A DNA stretch of 16,890 bases from Candidatus Sulfobium sp. Lineage in GTDB: Bacteria; Nitrospirota; Thermodesulfovibrionia; Thermodesulfovibrionales; UBA6898. The notes beneath the pieces are model-generated. The model was not told the DNA's origin and ran no database searches. It saw only the letters and a list, made by a program, of their open reading frames with translations. Positions 14,701-16,890 of the stretch are shown one piece after another. A program made the translations under genes and the position numbers. The stretch's first letter is position 1; every line of letters starts with the position of its first letter. The DNA lies in assembly GCA_037380845.1 (NCBI GenBank), contig JARRRI010000030.1:26134-43023 (forward strand), in the 5' to 3' direction.

Positions 14701-16164
14701 TTACATATACCTTTGATCAATACCGGGAATCTCTTCCCTTATTCTCTTCCTTATCTCTGCGGGAATCACGCTCTCCGCAGGGGAACCGAGAACTGAAAGC
14801 ACCTTCACACGCGCCCGCTCTTTAGCATCCGGGCTGCCTGCCTTCTCCCACTCCTCCCGCGTACTGCGGTCCGAGATCAGGGGCGAATACTGCTCCCTTC
14901 TCATGAACTTGCGAGTATGCCGCGCGGACACAAAGTGTCCCCCTGCCCCGATGTCTTTGAGCAGATCGAAGGCCATCGTATCGTCATTGACCTCAATCCC
15001 CTTCACTGCCCTCATAACCATGCCGAGTATTTCATTATCAGTTACATATTTTTCGTAGCTCGCGCACATGCAGAATTCAAGGAACCCCGCCGCATCGTGT
15101 ATGAAATTGCCTCCCGCGAGGGCTACAAGGAGGCTTGTGATCGCCGACTCGTATCCCGCCTGCACATCCAGTGTCTTGGAGTCGGACATGCCGGCAGTAG
15201 AATAAATGGGCAGCCTGTAATGGCGTGCCATCTGAGACGCTGCGGCGTTCATCAAGCCCATCTCCACGGCGCCACTCAGATATTTCATGTCCTTCATGTC
15301 GGCAATACTCGAGATGCACCCGTAAAAAACGGGTGTCCCCGGATTTACCAGCTGCGAAAGCATTACCCCTGCCAGGGTATCGACATTCTGGACCACAAGG
15401 TTCCCTGCCAGTGTAATGGGGGACGTGGCACCGCAAAGGGGCTCGACCGGCGTAACAACAGGTATACCCACGGCGGCAACCTCCATCGTCAGTTCGCTGT
15501 ATTTGTCGTCGAGGACAAAGGGACTGATGCCGCAGCACGTGACCATGGACACCAGGGGCCTTTCCCTCAGGGCGTCCGCCGAACCGGCTATCATTGCGGC
15601 CATCTTTATCACGTTTCTGATCCCCTCGACCGTATATACGCCTCCCATAATGTGTTTGCCGCAGTAAGCCAGGGCCGCACCGAACCTGTTGACGTCCACC
15701 GCTTCTTCCTGCACATCGCCGGGGAAAACAGGAAGCATGAACAGATGGATGTTGTCGAGCGTGTCGACGAGACGGGCGATGTCCCTTATATCGGACAGTC
15801 GGGCGGGCCGCTTCACTTCGCTGCCGGCCTCCATTACGTAGAGCGCCGTACCGCCTGTTCCGGCGTATACCTTTCTGCCCCCGACTTCCAGCGTGTGTTC
15901 CGGCTTCTGCCCGTAGAGAGTAATCGTTTCGGGGGCCCTGCCCGTGAGTTCCATCACCATGCCGGGGTCGATCTTCACCAGCCCGCTCCCACGGTCAACA
16001 CGTGCTCCTGCACCGTAAAACAGTTCAAGTGCACGCGCGTTGCTCACCCTGATGCCGACCTCCGAGAAGACCTTCATCGACGTTTGGTGTATTTTTTCTA
16101 TATTTTCCTCTGAAAGCGGTTTATACAGCCCGCCTTCAAGTCCCTTTGCTTCAATCATATTCAT
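14701..16164 (-). CDS. mttB: MttB-superfamily (trimethylamine/glycine-betaine-type):corrinoid methyltransferase, non-pyrrolysine
   Basis: 487 aa. IHQTSMKVFSEVGI, GATSPITLAG.LV..N.DTLAG..LSQLVNPGTP, GAVE, QMARHYRLP, SDSKTLDVQAGYE, GGNFIHDAAGFLE, YEKYVTDNE, GAGGHFV..RHT, W...GS. Met326 sits at the Pyl-equivalent position. The symbol denotes the family only; substrate unknown. Confidence 0.93.
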   Translation of the reverse strand: MNMIEAKGLEGGLYKPLSEENIEKIHQTSMKVFSEVGIRVSNARALELFYGAGARVDRGSGLVKIDPGMVMELTGRAPETITLYGQKPEHTLEVGGRKVYAGTGGTALYVMEAGSEVKRPARLSDIRDIARLVDTLDNIHLFMLPVFPGDVQEEAVDVNRFGAALAYCGKHIMGGVYTVEGIRNVIKMAAMIAGSADALRERPLVSMVTCCGISPFVLDDKYSELTMEVAAVGIPVVTPVEPLCGATSPITLAGNLVVQNVDTLAGVMLSQLVNPGTPVFYGCISSIADMKDMKYLSGAVEMGLMNAAASQMARHYRLPIYSTAGMSDSKTLDVQAGYESAITSLLVALAGGNFIHDAAGFLEFCMCASYEKYVTDNEILGMVMRAVKGIEVNDDTMAFDLLKDIGAGGHFVSARHTRKFMRREQYSPLISDRSTREEWEKAGSPDAKERARVKVLSVLGSPAESVIPAEIRKRIREEIPGIDQRYM

Positions 16165-16188
16165 GAATCCTCATTAATAATTATTCTC

Positions 16189-16872
16189 TTACGCACTCCT
16201 TCGCGCGATACAGTTATACATGCCGCACATGACACACGGGTTTGTTGGGACATGCCCTATCTCCTCCCGTCTCCCGATGCCGAAAATGCCCGAAACGGAT
16301 TTGCGGGGGTTCATAAGATAACTCTCGCTCAATTCAACACCAATCAGAGAGTTATCTAAAACGCTAAACAATTTCTTCTGTTCTTCAACCTTCCAGTCGC
16401 AATAGCCCGGGCTAAACCTCAGCGTCGTCCCTTCTCCCCGGTCGGTTCTGATTGCGTTGTATTTCCTCTGGAAGGCGTCCACCGTCTGCTCGGCGGCTGT
16501 CGAACCGATGGCATCCACTACATATGCCTCAGCCACCCTCTTCTGGTCCATGAGTTTGCGGATGAATGAATCGATTCCCTTCCCTATTGTCGCCACAAAG
16601 ATGGCAGCCCTGTCGCATTGACCGCATACTTTCGATAGCTTATGGCTGCGGATAACGACGCCTTTTTCGAGGATCAGTCCCCCTCTTCCGGCCGACTTAA
16701 TGTTCTTCTCGGTGTATAGAATCCTGGGCCGGATCAAGCAAGAAGACTTTTCGAGCGATCTCTCGATAACACGCAGCATCCTCCGGGACAAATTGCGGGG
16801 CCTGCCGTATCCCAGCAGACGGCTTATCCGGTCTATCGTTATCTGCGGACGAACGTCCGTCATTACCTTCAC
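16189..16872 (-). CDS. Standalone vitamin B12-dependent methionine synthase activation (reactivation) domain protein with a C-terminal Cys motif
   Basis: 227 aa. FVATIG, DAIGS.AAE, RFSPGYCDW...Q..LF, IGVELSESYLMNPRKSVSGIFG, C-terminal PCVMCGMYNCIARR. The start is uncertain: GTG 16872, ATG 16863, or beyond the window, since the frame is open to the edge. Confidence 0.88.
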   Translation of the reverse strand: MKVMTDVRPQITIDRISRLLGYGRPRNLSRRMLRVIERSLEKSSCLIRPRILYTEKNIKSAGRGGLILEKGVVIRSHKLSKVCGQCDRAAIFVATIGKGIDSFIRKLMDQKRVAEAYVVDAIGSTAAEQTVDAFQRKYNAIRTDRGEGTTLRFSPGYCDWKVEEQKKLFSVLDNSLIGVELSESYLMNPRKSVSGIFGIGRREEIGHVPTNPCVMCGMYNCIARRSA

Positions 16873-16890
16873 TGCTTCACCCCGGAAGAC

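Noticed and set aside
14453..14825. 78-aa minus ORF (14453-14689) and 94-aa plus ORF (14541-14825) as real genes
   Set aside because: Neither has protein-like motifs, both run through the strong hairpins, and the plus ORF overlaps mttB-1 antisense. Kept only as part of the structured-spacer finding.
12441..16113. Long plus-strand ORFs 12441-13754 (437 aa) and 14917-16113 (398 aa), and similar ones opposite lysC, apgM and the methyltransferases
   Set aside because: They lie antisense to well-supported genes and have no recognisable motifs. Such ORFs are expected from codon bias in GC-rich coding DNA.
12108..16164. Pyrrolysine (amber) recoding in the MttB genes, or a pylT tRNA in the spacer
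   Set aside because: Both ORFs are uninterrupted, with Met326 (ATG, 15187-89) and Val350 (GTC, 12600-02) at the Pyl-equivalent site. No cloverleaf was seen.

Overview
Bacterial chromosomal window, almost all minus-strand coding. The gene order and protein style suggest an anaerobic Nitrospirota or Desulfobacterota lineage (inference only). Left half, an aspartate-family amino-acid block: threonine-synthase-like PLP enzyme, MoaD/ThiS sulfur carrier, standalone NIL protein, a frameshifted ApgM-type mutase ('proposed homoserine kinase'), aspartate kinase, and citramalate synthase (runs off the left edge, absent from the ORF track). Middle: dedA (+) and a UPF0182 membrane protein. Right half, a six-gene corrinoid methyl-transfer cluster: standalone MetH reactivation domain, non-pyrrolysine MttB-family protein, CH3-THF:corrinoid methyltransferase, a second divergent non-Pyl MttB, a corrinoid protein, and an unusual 417-aa class I SAM methyltransferase. 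This cluster is the best candidate for an undescribed system. It may be biosynthetic B12/SAM N-methylation rather than quaternary-amine catabolism, which is untested. Also notable: the thrC-like/sulfur-carrier/NIL unit (possible homocysteine route), the apgM frameshift, a likely leaderless cimA promoter, and a structured 231-nt spacer inside the cluster. No rRNA, tRNA, CRISPR array or transposase was seen.
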